Part shown: positions 39,101-53,100 of the stretch, in pieces
Numbering within the stretch: position 1 is the stretch's first letter
Layout: each line of letters begins with the position of its first letter
Assembly: GCA_043228905.1 (NCBI GenBank)
Contig: JBHGNT010000003.1
Coordinates: forward strand, 7,688,001 to 7,752,000
Direction: 5' to 3'
Source of the DNA: Azolla caroliniana
Taxonomy: Eukaryota; Plantae; Polypodiophyta
DNA length: 64,000 nucleotides
Made by a program: the position numbers and the translations under genes
The notes under the pieces: model-generated
The model's input: the letters and a program-made list of their open reading frames with translations, nothing else
The model's database searches: none
Told to the model about the DNA's origin: nothing

Positions 39101-40673
39101 GTAAGCAACACTTTTACTATAGTACCCATGAAATTGGGTCAAGTCTCATTAGATGCCATTATAGAATGAAGGGGCTGAATGCATGGCCTTCTAGTCTCCG
39201 TTAGGCAATCTTATATAGTTCTTTTTTCTTTTCCAAAAAAAATCCTCCATTGGTATTAAACTTAAAGTGGCCAAAGGCAATATGCAAAATAATCCACTAT
39301 TACAATGAATATTGCAACGTATTTAACTAGAAAACTCTTGAACAATCATGTAGCTACAATAATCCAACCACATTTAACATCCATATCAAGCAAGGAATTA
39401 CCACCAATAACACTGGTTACAAAAAAAACCCCTCTTTTCCAAGCTGAATATGGATTTTGGCCTTTATCAATGGAGTCTATGCTACATATATTACTTACCA
39501 TTCCGTCTATCATTTTGATTAGCCAGCTTCCCCAAAGCACGCCTCAACCCTGCTTCCAAGGTTCACCAAAATAGGTTACATCTCTCTAACATGCATACCA
39601 CCTTTAGAAATCCCTGCAATTTGATCGAAACTTTGCCGATGAATTCCAATGGTTGGTGTTAAAAGATGTATGCCAATGACAACAACATGTAGAGCTTGCT
39701 ACCAAAGTGATATAGATTTCCACAATTTTCCTCCACGCATCTACAACAAAGAAAAGAGAAAAGCACTCCCAAATGTGAAAATTAAGTAAACACATAATAC
39801 TACTCCCTGTCACACCCTAGAATTGGTTTGTCCTCCATTAACGTCATCCATCTCTACCACAAACTTGGACTAAATAGTTTTTTTTTTCTTTCCATATATA
39901 AGGACATCTTCCCCAAGCAAAGTTGTCCTTATAACATCAACCATGTCGACGGTTATCACCCAAATCATGTACATATAATAACAAAATGATGTAGTAACCT
40001 CATCACCTCAAGAAAATATGCTTCAACCCCCATCTTCACTCATCCTTAACACCAAAACATTTTCTTCATTCAATCCACATCAACCATCTCGCCAACCAGC
40101 TCGCCATCTCGCTGATGCCCACCAACATCCTGTACTAACAACAAAAAATGAGTCTAAAAATTTCCTCACCTACTCATGATAATCGGCTTTGACCCCCACA
40201 CCATCTTCACTCATCCTTATCACACAAAAAATTTGCTGCATTCAATCCGCATCAACCACCTCACCGATTACCACCAAGTTCCTCCATTTAAACAGTTCTT
40301 ATCTTAAAAAACATATATTGCAGCAAACAATCTCAAAAGTTAGGAATACTATAACATCTAACATGTATGTATCGACCATTAAATCTAAATGTAACATATT
40401 GAAGTTCTAAACCTTGAATTGTATACATTTTAATAATAGTTTATGGTCACTATGTAAAATTTGTGAAAACCATTAACGTATATTCCGACCCTTTTGGCAT
40501 TGACAAATCATACTATCATTGATGAGGAATTAAAATTTTACCATTATGTCCTTAAAAATAGAAAATTTATGTGGGTTGTAATTAGCTAGCACCTTCCATT
40601 GTGAACTCTCAAATAATATAAATGATTGTCTAAATCAATTTTAGTATGGTGGTTGATTAATATACTACATGAT

Positions 40674-41359
40674 TAGTGGCTCCAGATCAGTGGGTGATGT
40701 AATGATTCACAATAGCTCGAAGGATAAAGGCATATTAGATGATCTCCTGAAGTCATTTTGGAGGAGGTTATGGGCGTTGGATATGCTAGAAAAAATAAAG
40801 GTTTGGTTGTGGCTTCTTAGCCACATGGCGGTATTTGTAGGGGAGTGGTTGAGTTCCCGTGGTGGTGAGCTTGGTTGTAAGTTATGTGGACATGCTTTGG
40901 AATCAATCTCTCATAGTTTCTAGAATTGTACAGAGTCGATTAGCATTTGGAGTAGAAGCCTAAGAAGTGTGGCAACTTGTAGTGTGAATGGGAATGTTGC
41001 GTGGGGTTCCATACAGGGTCTAACCCTAAAAGGGGAAGAGTGTCATGATATGGCAAGACTCAAACCCATGACCTTATGTTATATGAGTCGAGCTCTTGAC
41101 CATTATACCATCTATTGTAATACGTAAGATATTATTTTCATTTAAGTTTTATTATAGGAAATTAATGTATATTCCAGATTTCTTTGGAACATTCTAGAAG
41201 CTTCAGGACTCCTCCTGAGAACACCATAAAAGGAGGCACAAGGCATTATGTTGAACCAAATTGGTGCAACGCCAATCTTAAGCCTCATAGCCATCTTGTA
41301 TTTACTCTTCATATAATATATCATCTCTTATCATCATCTCTCTCTCTCTCTCATCCTCG

Positions 41360-41449
<90 letters not shown>

Positions 41450-44400
41450 CTCTTCTCTTTCCTCTCTCTCGGGAGTCTTACGCAGTCCCGTCCTCTTAGT
41501 ACTGATAGTACTTCCCTTCTCCAGTACTAATTCTCTCTATGTTTTAATACTATTCCTAACAGTTTGAACCAATTTTTCTCTAGTCTTCTTTTCGGTTTTC
41601 CTCATCCTCTTACCCCTTTTTTCCAATACTATGGCTACTGTTAGTGCCCAAGAATATCAATCCGTTTTCTCCGAGTTATAGGGTCTAAAAGAAAAAATTG
41701 TTGCCTTGGAACAAGAAAACCAACGATTGTTAGGGGATCTTCAACAAATCTCTCAAGAAAAACAACAAACGCATCAACAACATGGGGAGTTAGCGTTACG
41801 TGTACAACAACTCGAAGCAACCATTGTAGCATTGCAACAACAAGGATCAAGTCCCCAAGGATTTCATAAAGAGCCCAAGATTGGACTTCCTGTGAAATTC
41901 GATGGAACGCGATCGCAATTCATGGGATTTCTTAATCAGGTACGCTTAGTCATTCAAATGCATCCTTCACGATACCCCATTGATGCATCCCGAATTGGCC
42001 TAATAGGCATGTTTCTTCGCGGCTAAGCCTTCGCATGGTTCGCTCCGCTTCTAGAAAAACAATCGCCCTTGCTTAATAACTTTGAAGACTTTATTAGCGA
42101 GTTTAAAGCATGCTTTGGAGATACATACAACATCAGGATGACGATCAACAAAATCCGACGATTGCATCAAGGTGATCATCCAGCCTTTGCTTATGTGGCA
42201 GATTTCTGTCTACTCGCCTTAGATATCCCTTGGGATGATCAGGCACTAATGGAGCAGTTTCGCTACGGCCTGCGAAACAATGTCAAAGATTTACTCCTAA
42301 CATTCCCCGAAGAACCAAATTCTCTTACAGAGGCAATCAGTTGAGCAGTCTGATGCGACAACTGCCTTTTCGAACAACGTTCGGAATGTCAATTACAAAT
42401 ACCACACCTTAGGATGGAGCCCACATATGCCTCAATTGCGGCTAAACCGTTTGCACGAGACGTATCTCAAGAAAATACTCCGACACCGATGGAGATCGAC
42501 ACCATGTGTCGACGTGGCCCGTTATCGAAAGAAGAAAACCAATGCCGATGTGCAAATTGATTATGTATTTATTGCGGTGGACCAGGGCATATCGCAATCA
42601 ACTGTCCCCATAGGCCAAGAAGACAGGTAAATCAAATCGTAGGCTGTACTAAACCCGAATCAATTCTTCTCTTAGGAGTGTCTGATAATATTAATAGTAC
42701 TAATAGCCCAAGTATCTCAAACAAATTTGAAATCCTTGGTCAATTAGAAGAAGAGTTAAACGACTGAGTCCACCCAAAATAGGAGCCGTTTGGTTGGACA
42801 ACCCTAGATCTGTACAACCCATTAGTGGTTCCATTCCCTCTAAGCAAGTTAGCAATGTGTTCTTAGCCCAAGCCATGGTTAGTACTAAAAGTACTCCTCT
42901 ACTAGTACACGTCCTAACACTTTTAGATTCTGGAGCCAATTCTTGTTTCATAGATCGAAATTTTGCCCAAGCTTCTCAGATATCCTTAAGAAAACTTCCT
43001 TGCCCCGCATCTGTAGTAGTAATTGATGGTCCTCCCATTGCTTCCGGGAATATTGTAGAAGAGTCAGAACCCATTCAGGTTGTCCTAGGTAGTTTTTTGT
43101 GTGTGGTATCATTTAATATAATTAGTAGTCAAGAGCATCCCATTGTCCTGGGATTACCTTGGTTTGAATTACATAATCCAGACATAGATTGGAGAACAAG
43201 AGAAGTCCGGTATCGACAACCCCAAGAATCTACTCATCGAGTTTCGACCATTTCACTCCATCAACTACGCGAAGAAGGACACAAGGAGGCAATGTTTCTA
43301 TTTGCAATATCAGTACATCCTTTCAGCAATATCAAGAAGGAATCCTTAGTGCAACTTCCGGCAAAATATCATCCTTATGCCGATGTATTTGACAAGGTAA
43401 AAGTTGGTACTCTTCCTCATCATCGTCCCTACGATTGTCCCATCGATTTGCAACTAGGAACAGAGCCACCATGGGGACCAATTTACGACTTGTCACCAAC
43501 CGTTATGCCGTTTGGTCTAACCAATGCGTCCGTAGTCTTCCAGCACATGGCAAATGATATATTCAGAGACCTCTTGGATATCTGTTTAATCATCTATTTG
43601 GATGATCTATTGATTTATTCAAAGACCCAGGAAGAGCATGATTCTCATGTACTCTTAGTACTAAAACGAGTCCGAGAGAATGGTCTTTATGCCAAACTAG
43701 AAAAATGTAGCTTTGACTGCAAGCAAGTGGAATTTCTAAGCTATGTCATCTCCTCAAAGGGCATCTCCATGGATCCGGCTAAAGTCAAAACTGTGCTAGA
43801 GTGGCAAACTCCACGTTCATTACAAGATGTACAATGTTTCCTAGGTTTTGCTAACTTCTACCACAAGTTTATACAAGATTACTCGAAGATTATTTTACCT
43901 CTCACACAACTTACGAAGAAGGGACAAGCATTTCTTTGGTCCAATGAAGCGGACATGGCTTTTAGGCATCTTAAGAAAGCCTTTACATCAGCTCCTATTC
44001 TAGCTCATGTGGATACTAATAAACCATTAATCACGGAGGCCGACACATCGGATTTCGCCCTCGGTAGCATCCTTTCTTAACAAGGCGATAAAGAAGAGTT
44101 ACATCCTGTGGCTTTCCATTCGTGCAAATTTGATGCCGCGGAAATCAACTATGAGATACATGACAAGGAGTTATTAGCCATCGTGGATTCATTTGTGCAA
44201 TGGCGGCACTTCTTAGAGGGCTCTCCACATCAGGTCATCGTCTTCAGTGATCATAAAAATCTTGCTTATTTCCAGAACGCTTGTGTACTAAATCGACGGC
44301 AAGCTCGGTGGGCCCAATTCCTCACTCGTTTTGACGTCAAAATCACATATCGACCGGGGAAGTAGCAAGGAAAAGCAGATGCACTATCAAGGCTTTCATA

Positions 44401-46310
44401 TCTTGCACCTCGTCTTGGTGATCCAACGTTTGATAATCAAAAGCAGGTAATCTTGGGACCAACACGTTTGCACACAAAGCGGATTTTTCACACTCCACTA
44501 GATTCCCGGATTATCGATGCCATACGTGCTAACTTGAAGACGAACACTTTTGCTCAAGCCATTCTAGCGCACATTGATACCTTTCGGGCATCTTGTTCCC
44601 AGTCTCAACAACCAGGTATGGACTACCGACAATTTGAATATCATGATGGTTTATTGTTCTTTAAAAAGCTCGTATATGTTCCCGATTTCTCCTATCGCCT
44701 TCAAATCGTCCAAAATTGTCACGACCCCCATACAACGGGACATTTTGGTAGTATGAAGACGTTGGATCTAGTTCAACGATCCTTTTGGTGGCCCCATATG
44801 TGAGGTTTTGTCGACGACTACGTTCGGACCTGTGATGCTTGTTGCCGAGCAAAGATGCCATGACATCATCCATATGGCTTGTTGGAACCCTTACCGATTC
44901 CAAGTAAGCAGTGGCAGTCTATTTGTCTTGATTTTATCAAAGATCTACCAGTCTCGAAGGGTTTCGATGCTATCTTAACCGTCGTTGATTGATATACTAA
45001 GATGACACATTTTGTGCCATGTACTAAGGCCATCACTAGTGAGGAAACTACTGCCCTTATCATGCATGAGGTATTTCGGTACCATGGCCTCCCAAACAGT
45101 ATCATCAATGATCGAGGACCTCAATTCGTCTCCAAATTTCGGAAGCATATCTTCAAGATGCTCAAGGTCTCTTGTAACCTCTCCTCCGGCTACCATCCCC
45201 AAACCGATGGGAAGGCGGAACGAACAAATCAAACGTTGGAACAATACCTTTGGTGTTTTTTGAGTTATCAGCAGGACGATTGGGATGATATTCTCCACTT
45301 TGTGGAGTTTGCTTATAATAACGCTATTCACTCCTCAACTCGGGTCTCCCCAGTTTACGCTTATACTAGTTCTCATCCTCGCTAGTCTGTGATCGACACC
45401 CTGGAGCTACCTACCAATCCTCATGCCGAGGATCATTTGGAGAGGCTACGCAAGATTTAGATGGATCTCTCTACTCATCTTCGTCATGCTCAACACACAG
45501 AGAAGACTTATGCGGATCGTCATCGGCTTCCCTCCTCTTTTGCCATCGGAGATCGAGTATGGCTCTTACGTCGTCACATCAAGACTACTCGACTGTGTGA
45601 CAAGTTGGATTATCGACGACTCGGTCCTTTCCATATTACTGGCAAGGTTAATGATGTCACATTCCGCCTTGATGTTCCTCCGCATCTTCAGATACATCCG
45701 GTCTTCCATAGTTCTCTTCTTGAACCTTATAAAGCAAACACGATTCCCGATCGTGTTATACCACCACCGCCCCCGCTTGAGTTAGACGTTGGCATGGTGT
45801 ATGAAGTTGTTGCCGTCTTCGACTTCAAATTTGTTCGCAACAAACTTCATTATTTGGTTGATTGGCTTGGCTATAGTCCGAGTGAACGTACTTGGGAACT
45901 CGTTGAGCATGTCGCCAATGCTCAGGATCTTCTTGCTGATTTCTACCGATAGTATCCAGACAAACCCGGTCCTCAATCAATGCCGACTCGTTACATTCGT
46001 CGTCTTAAGGGGGGGGATAGTGTCATGATATGGCAAGACTTGAACCCATGACCTTACGTTATATGGGTCGAGCTCTTGACCATTATACCATCTATTGTAA
46101 TACGTAGGATATTATTTTCATTGTATATTCCAAATTTCTCTGGAACATTTTAGAAGTTTCAGGACTCCTCCTGAGAAAACTATCAAAGGAGGCACAAGGC
46201 ATTATGTTGAACCAAATTGGTTCAACGCGAGCCTTAAGCCTCATAGCCATCTTGTACTTACTCTTCATATAATATATCATATGTTAATCTCTCTCTCTCT
46301 CTCTCTCGTC

Positions 46311-46341
<31 letters not shown>

Positions 46342-47100
46342 CGCTTCTCTTTCCTCTCTCTCGGGAGTCTTACACAGTCCCGTCCTCTTAGTACTAATAG
46401 TACTTCCCTTTTCCAGTACTAATTCTCTCTCTGTTTTAGTACTATTCCTGACAAAGGCTGAGCGGAATAGTTAAAACCCACAGGGACATGGATTTATAGT
46501 GTAGAGTGGTAGTGTGTTCCTATGTGATGGGGTGAGACCTAGCACAAATTCTGATTTTTTTGAGGAGATTTGGCTTATGGTGGCATGCAACATTTGGACT
46601 AGGCGCTGTAAGTTTGTTTTTCAGCGGCAAAAGCTCTCATGCGGTGAGGTGATGCTAAATATCTTGTTTGAGCTAGTGGCCTGGTTGCATGGACGGTATG
46701 ACTCGATTAAGGGGGGATTGGATGAAGTAGATTTAAGGGCAAGGTCAAAGTTCTTGCTAAAATGAGGTGGTTCTCCCATGATGGTCAAATCTTCAACGAG
46801 GCCTAAGTGGAACTACTAGGCGCCTAGGTGGTTGTTTTCGTCGACGGCTCCCAATATTGTACATGGGATGTAAATATGTATGTATTGTTGATAAATGAGT
46901 ATGTACATGGAATGTAAAATGGGGTTTGTTTCAATTTTGTTAGGGATAAGGGTTACATGAGTTTTGTTGTTTTTTTTTGTTGGTTTTAGAGTTGTTCCTC
47001 CGTGTTGTATATACTAATCCCATTGTGGATTCGAGTTGAACTTTGTTGTATTCCGTTTGCTAACTAATGCGAAGTAGTGTTTTTTTTGGAACAAAAAAAA
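40674..47100 (+). mobile_element. 5'-truncated L1/Tx1-type LINE (zf-RVT C-terminus, 3' UTR, poly-A) interrupted by LTR element A
   Basis: FWRRLWALDMLEKIKVWLWLL...CKLCGHALESISHSF before the LTR; NIWTRRCKFVF after it. A-tail at about 47093-47100 and TSD TACTACATGAT at 40663-40673 and 47101-47111. Confidence 0.88.
41041..46453 (+). mobile_element. Ty3/gypsy chromovirus copy A (Tcn1/Tf1-sushi-like), defective; LTRs 41041-41561 and 46021-46453
   Basis: TG..CA LTR pair, PPT AAGGGGGGGATAG, gag with CCHC knuckle, protease LDSGA, RT YLDD, RNase [18 protein letters not shown]-type motifs, integrase, GPF, chromodomain YLVDWLGYSPSERTWE. Many stops. Flanks AAGAG/AAGGC are only an imperfect TSD. Confidence 0.96.
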
Positions 47101-47129
47101 TACTACATGATCATGTTAAAAAAGAAACA

Positions 47130-48250
47130 GAAAAAGGTTTCACCTTGGTATTAATGGAAAGATGCCCAATGGCTACAAAGAACTCATTCAATAAAATATA
47201 ACCCTCATACCCACATTGACCAACATGTCGAGTAGCAAAATCCCTCATGCAAGCCCTTCCAAGACGGGGGCAGGGAAAAAATCATCTTGATAGAGCATAT
47301 CTCCACTTTATTCTCTCCCCAAAAGAGGTGATGGCCTCTACCTTTTTCCAAATTTCTCGGAAATGTTGTTGCTTTCAAAACACAACCTTAGCCTCACCAG
47401 TTACTGTCTCATATTGACCTCCTAGAGATGCCCTTGACTAACTCAACCAAATTTTGTTTGACTTTTTGAAATATACATTTACATCTTGCCTTCCACAATA
47501 CCCAAACTACTAAAGAAGGTATTGTAGATCAAATCTTGTCCTCTTCCAAACAACAGATTGTTGTAGGATAATTGACCTCTAATACATGTCTTCCATCGGA
47601 GCGAAGAAGAAAATCAACATACTCCTTTTCATACTTCTGTATTTCTTTAGCCAATCTTCCCCATCTCACAAAACCCTATCTATACACCTATTTACCATAA
47701 ATAGTCCATACAAAATTCTCAATGTTCTTTTCCAAACTGCTCCAACAATAGGACATACCCATAAAACATGGTGAACCGATTCAATGGGAAAACCACAACT
47801 ATCACATTTTAAATCATGGCAAATCCCCCGCAATCATGACTTCACAGGAATGCCATAATGTACCAACAACAATCTAAACAATACAATTTTTTTAGGAATT
47901 TGCATGACCCCATAGCCATTTCCAATAAGCATCCAACCAAGAGTCTTGTACATTACCAGATCTTCAAAATTTACACGCTACTGGCATAATAGCCATACCC
48001 CTCAGCAAATCTCTACCCATTATTACCGAGTATTGAAAAAATGGAATTTGTTTACCTAACATTCCTTGCACTGATATGGTTTGCCATTTACACTCATTGG
48101 GATCTATGATCATGTTTTTTCCCCTTCCCATGTCAACCGAATACGATGATATTTATCTTTGGAGTGCAGTACTCTTGAGCACAATCAATTTTCACATTCT
48201 AAAGATATGACAAACCTAGATGTGGGATGCCGATATGTAGAGCTATGATA
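47130..48250 (-). mobile_element. Degenerate LINE 3' region (zf-RVT)
   Basis: Minus strand about 47810-47705 reads KCDSCGFPIESVHHVLWVCPIVGAVWKRTLRILYG (CxxC...ESxxH...C...W). Boundaries approximate. Confidence 0.7.
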
Positions 48251-49269
48251 CTTTAGTCCGTCGTACGTTTGTGTACTAGTATAGATGTTCATGAATGATA
48301 GAGTTTGACAGGACATAACGGGTCAAAGTGTAATGTCGAGAGAAGAGGATAGGCTTTCATCAATTGATGGACATGCCTAAAGGTGGAACAAACCCATCAA
48401 GCTAGGATGAGTTTGCCCTTGGGTGTGGATAGCTAGTAGTCAACGTGGTGGTGCACAATTAATTCACAACCAGATTTCAAAAGTTGTGGGATTGGGAAAT
48501 CAAATTGAGTGTGACCAAACATCTAAATAAAATATTTGTTGGTGAAAGGCCAACTTTTAGATAATATACACATGCATTTCTTAAATAATAGAAAAGTGAA
48601 AAAAAAACATGAACAAAACAAAGCATATAATTAGTGTCCCTTACTCATTTTTTCATACAAAGAGTGTTGAGGTACCACAACCTAAATGAGTAGCCCTAAT
48701 TGGGACATTGGTTGACGGGTTAATTGGTGCCTTCCATCAAATCTAATGGCCAATCTATGAAGGGGTTGTAAGTGTTTGTCATGGCTAACGTGTGTAGCGA
48801 TACTAATGTAGTTGTTTTGGCAACATCGATAGGGAAGTGACAATCAATCATTGGGGAAGGTAGGATGCTTGAGCCTTGTTTCGCTACTTGCAATTTAAGG
48901 TAGATGGTGCTAGATTGCAAAGCAGTCCCAATTGACTTCTTGGTCCTCGTAAGTTGTAATAATGTAGGAAAAACTTGCTAGGGTTCGCCGAATGTGACAA
49001 ACCTTATAAATGATAAGGATAACCCCAAGTGAAAATGCCACCTAGTGGTGGAAGAGGGGGGTTGTACTGCCCTATGTAGGGAATAGTGGCACAAGGCTAC
49101 TTAGGCCCTATTAATGACGATAAGAATAATATTTAATATTATTAATTAGTTTTTAAAATTTTACTTACAGTGTCTTCTATCAATGTGATTAACTAAACCA
49201 AGCTTCATACCTCACTAGTCGATGTTAGAATATGTATGACTACTAGAAAAGCTAGTCAAATACTAGAAA

Positions 49270-50120
49270 TGCCTTTCTAAGATATCCACGCATGACATAT
49301 ATATCAACTAATGCATTAACAACAAGCTCAACTTTCAAAGGCCCTCTTTGGTCTATATTATACATATATGTCTTTGCCCTCTCTTAAGGCCTTGATACCT
49401 CTACATGCTTTCAAGGCGCACCCAAATGTTATTGCATCATGGAGAATACCCATTGATTTCATCTTTGCAAAATTTTGGATCGCTTCTCCACAATAATCAT
49501 GTAGCAGACATCCACTAATTAACATTGTCCAAAGAATAATATTCTCTTGAAGTGACATCATATATAGCATATCTATGGCTTTAGGTAACTTGATCGACCA
49601 AGGAGATAAATTCTACCATTGTAATGAACCATGGGGCTCTCTATACCATGATTTGTCCATAATTAATTGAAAGGATAATACCCTTCCAAATTCGAAGTTG
49701 ATGCAAAATCACTATGCTTAACAAATCTACCTATTATAAAGTTCCATAAAAAATAATCTTTACTTGATAGTCTATCAAACTGTCTAAATGCATCCATGAG
49801 GCCATCACAGCTAGCAAAGATGTTCCTCAATGCACTTGCAACACATTTTTCTAACTCCTAATAATTTTTCAGTGCATCATGGATGAGTTTGTCCGCATTA
49901 GGTGCCACAATGTCAAAACAAGCCATGAGTGTGGATGAAATGTAATAGAGTTCAATTTGATACATTCTAGTTGCGCTTTCCTTGGTAGATAAATACATCA
50001 ACCATGGCGCTCCAAGCAAGCACATCATGCTTGGGCTACTATTCAAGCCCTCCATAAGCATCTTAAGTACTAGTGCTTTCCAGGTAAACCAGGCTCATTG
50101 CAAGTATTGATGATACATAT
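49270..50120 (-). pseudogene. Degraded PLS-type PPR pseudogene fragment
   Basis: ORF 49358-49570 reads IILWTMLISG...GEAIQNFAKMKSMGILHDAITFGCALKACRGIKALREGKDIY, followed after disruption by VNALVDIYV. Further PPR-like pieces lie up to about 50.1 kb with stops and frameshifts. Boundaries approximate. Confidence 0.75.
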
Positions 50121-53100
50121 ATGGAACAATTTTCCAAAATAAGAACATAAATGAAAACAATATTATCCACCTCAGGACTCTTAAATTGCATTTTGTGGAA
50201 AAGATGAAGTGCATTGTTTGATAATCCATGATGTATATAACAAGATCAACACATCCCTACATGTGTTTCTTCAGCTTTCTGAACACCTAATTCCCTTATA
50301 CTACATTCCATTATATGCACATATGTGGATGTCTTAGGAAAATGACCCTTAAATTGCATTTCTTTAAATATTTTCATTGCATACTCATGGTAGCCATGTT
50401 CAACATATCTAGCCATTAATGTAATCCCTAAGGTAATAGTTAAAATCTCTTGCTAATCAATAGGCCAAATTAAAGATGAAAAAAGGTGAATAGATTGGAC
50501 AGAAGAACTCGATCCTCCTTACCATCCCCAAGTTATGATGAAGACATTGCTAATGTACCGCCAACATCCCATACCAACGGATGTTAGGACAACAAGTAAC
50601 ATGGAAGATGTAACACGATTGTTGTGACGAAAGCCTAGCTTGCACCACTAGTGTCTCGAGACTTCAACATGCCAATGTAATTTGTGTTATGATGATAGAT
50701 AGGCCTCATATTTATAATTCTTCCTAGCCACCTTCAATAGATTTGTTTTTCCAAAAGACTCACAATCTATTGGTTGTCAAGTTCATGATAGTGTATGCAC
50801 TCACATTAGTCCCTTTGCAATACTAGTGAACATACTTGTTTAGAGACAACTCAACATGTGTGTGTGTGTATGTATATAAATGGAAGTGTGTGCAAGCACA
50901 CTTTATTATAAACCATATAAACTAAGTAGATACACGAGGAACTAAATTTGATATCCAGTTAGCTGTTCAGAGTCAATGCAGTCAAAGAATACTAAGATAT
51001 TCTTATGACAAATCGTGCTCATGTGTAAGCCTAGTCAAAGACTTAACCAACCACATTCAATGTGGTTAATATATAATGCCCATAGTGCTTATTGTGATGT
51101 CGATATCGAATGAACCTTTTTCCACTTGTGTTTGGGTAAAAGCATGGGAATGGAAACACTATTATAGCTAATTAGCTGCTAAAATGGCCATAGCTATTTA
51201 GCTATTTCTTTAGCTAACTTTTTGTGGGCAAATCATAAGGATCATTTTTCGAAATTTTATGCTTTATTACTTAAATACATGTCATTTATTATGGCGAATA
51301 GGTAATTTATGGGAATACTCAAAAAATTTGAACTTTGGTTTCTGACGTAGTGGAACCTGGGGAATAGTGCCCTCATTTAAAAACAACTTGAATGTCACCA
51401 AAATCTTGCTAATCCTGAGTTTGAGTTCGAAATCCAAATAGATGGAGTACTCTGAGCACGAACGTAGACGAAGATCCCGCAACAACACAAAAACTTTGAT
51501 ATCGACATTGCACCTTCAGAGCACCAACACACCACCAATTCTGTTACGGGCATGACCATATAATATCCCGTGGTGAGAATCTACCGTAGTATTCTATACA
51601 CGTGGATAAGTGTGAGGGTTAAACGAGAGTGTAAAGAAGGGGGGGATTACTTTTAGTCTTCGGGATTGAGACAACCCATTAGGCCATGTGTGCACTTGCC
51701 TGGGGGCCTTGGGTATCACTATAAATAAGAGGCCTAGCTACTCTCATTTGATCATCTTTTGACTATGTCGAGACTCTGTTCTTGTGGTGGGTCAACTCTT
51801 GTAGCAAGCGCGCCAACACCAGGTACGACTCGACGCCACGATGGTGGCATGGGACACCGATCGAGGCTCGAGTCCGTCTCGATCCCTTTGCACGGGGGTG
51901 GTTGGGTGGATCAACACCCTTCTTTCTCTCTTTCCTTTCTATCTATCTATCTTTTATCCTTATCATATGCTTACTTTAGATCATATCTCTAATAGTTGGT
52001 ATCAGAGCTCATGTTCTAATGTTTCTTTTGTTGTCTTTTGTCTTCTTGATTGATGGTGATCAATCCATGTGCTATCAGCCTTGATCTAGACAACGATCAA
52101 CACAGGAACTTCGGTAATCTTTCTTGTTTTTTTCTCTATTTTTTCTTCTCCCTTCTAATCATGTATGTGGTCATATGTAATTTTTTTTTCATTAATTCAA
52201 TGATGTTGTAGTGGTAATTAATTGGTTATATAAAACGTTTACATATGTGCACGAGGTCAATATCTCATTTGACATATATTTAATATGTGATTAGTGTCGT
52301 ATGTGTACAAGGTTAATACCTCAATTACGTATTACGTTCACAAACATATGTTACGTTTGCGTATGAGTTCATTACCTTGATTTGTATGTAAATGATATGT
52401 GTTTGGTGTCGTATGCGTATGAGGTCAATACCTCAATTGCGTATTATGATTAACCCTTATTTTTAGATGTTTCGTGTGCATAGAGGGTATATGCCTCGCT
52501 TACGTATCTGTATTACATAATTTTTGGCTATTTTATATTACAATTTCTTTTATATATGCATATGTGGTCACGTGTATACGTATTTGATCGTATATATGTG
52601 ATAATATACATATGTGTATATAAGTTATTACGTGATTTCAATATCGAATGTTTTCCTTTTCGGGGAAAGGATCTTGGTGGCCATCCTCACATTTTTGTGA
52701 GAATGGCGTTGTCACCATCCCTTTTTCAACATATTTTTATTGTTGACATCCCCGTTGGTGACGTCGATTTCGTTACGTAATGAAACAATATTAGCCACAA
52801 TGGTGTTGAGAACGTAGGGCTTGACCCACTTGATGTGAGGTCGCTCTTATGACACACATATCCAACATCCCTCCCTCATTACATGGATTCGATGCCACCA
52901 TGAGATCATTCTTACGAAAGGCATTCATAATGACGTAAGCATGTGATGGGCCACGTGGGCCTACTACGAAAAGAGGACTCATTTGGCTTGACCATTAGGT
53001 TGCACTTTGGCATATGCCATCGTAATTACGAGATTTGAGGTTAGGTAACGTACCAACAAAGTTTGTGGTAAACGAGGGGGAAATAAGGACTCTTGACATA

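Noticed and set aside
39210-40300. Possible further minus-strand LINE remnant (FHIWECF...AWRKIV)
   Set aside because: Motif too degraded and no TSD or tail confirmed, so not called.
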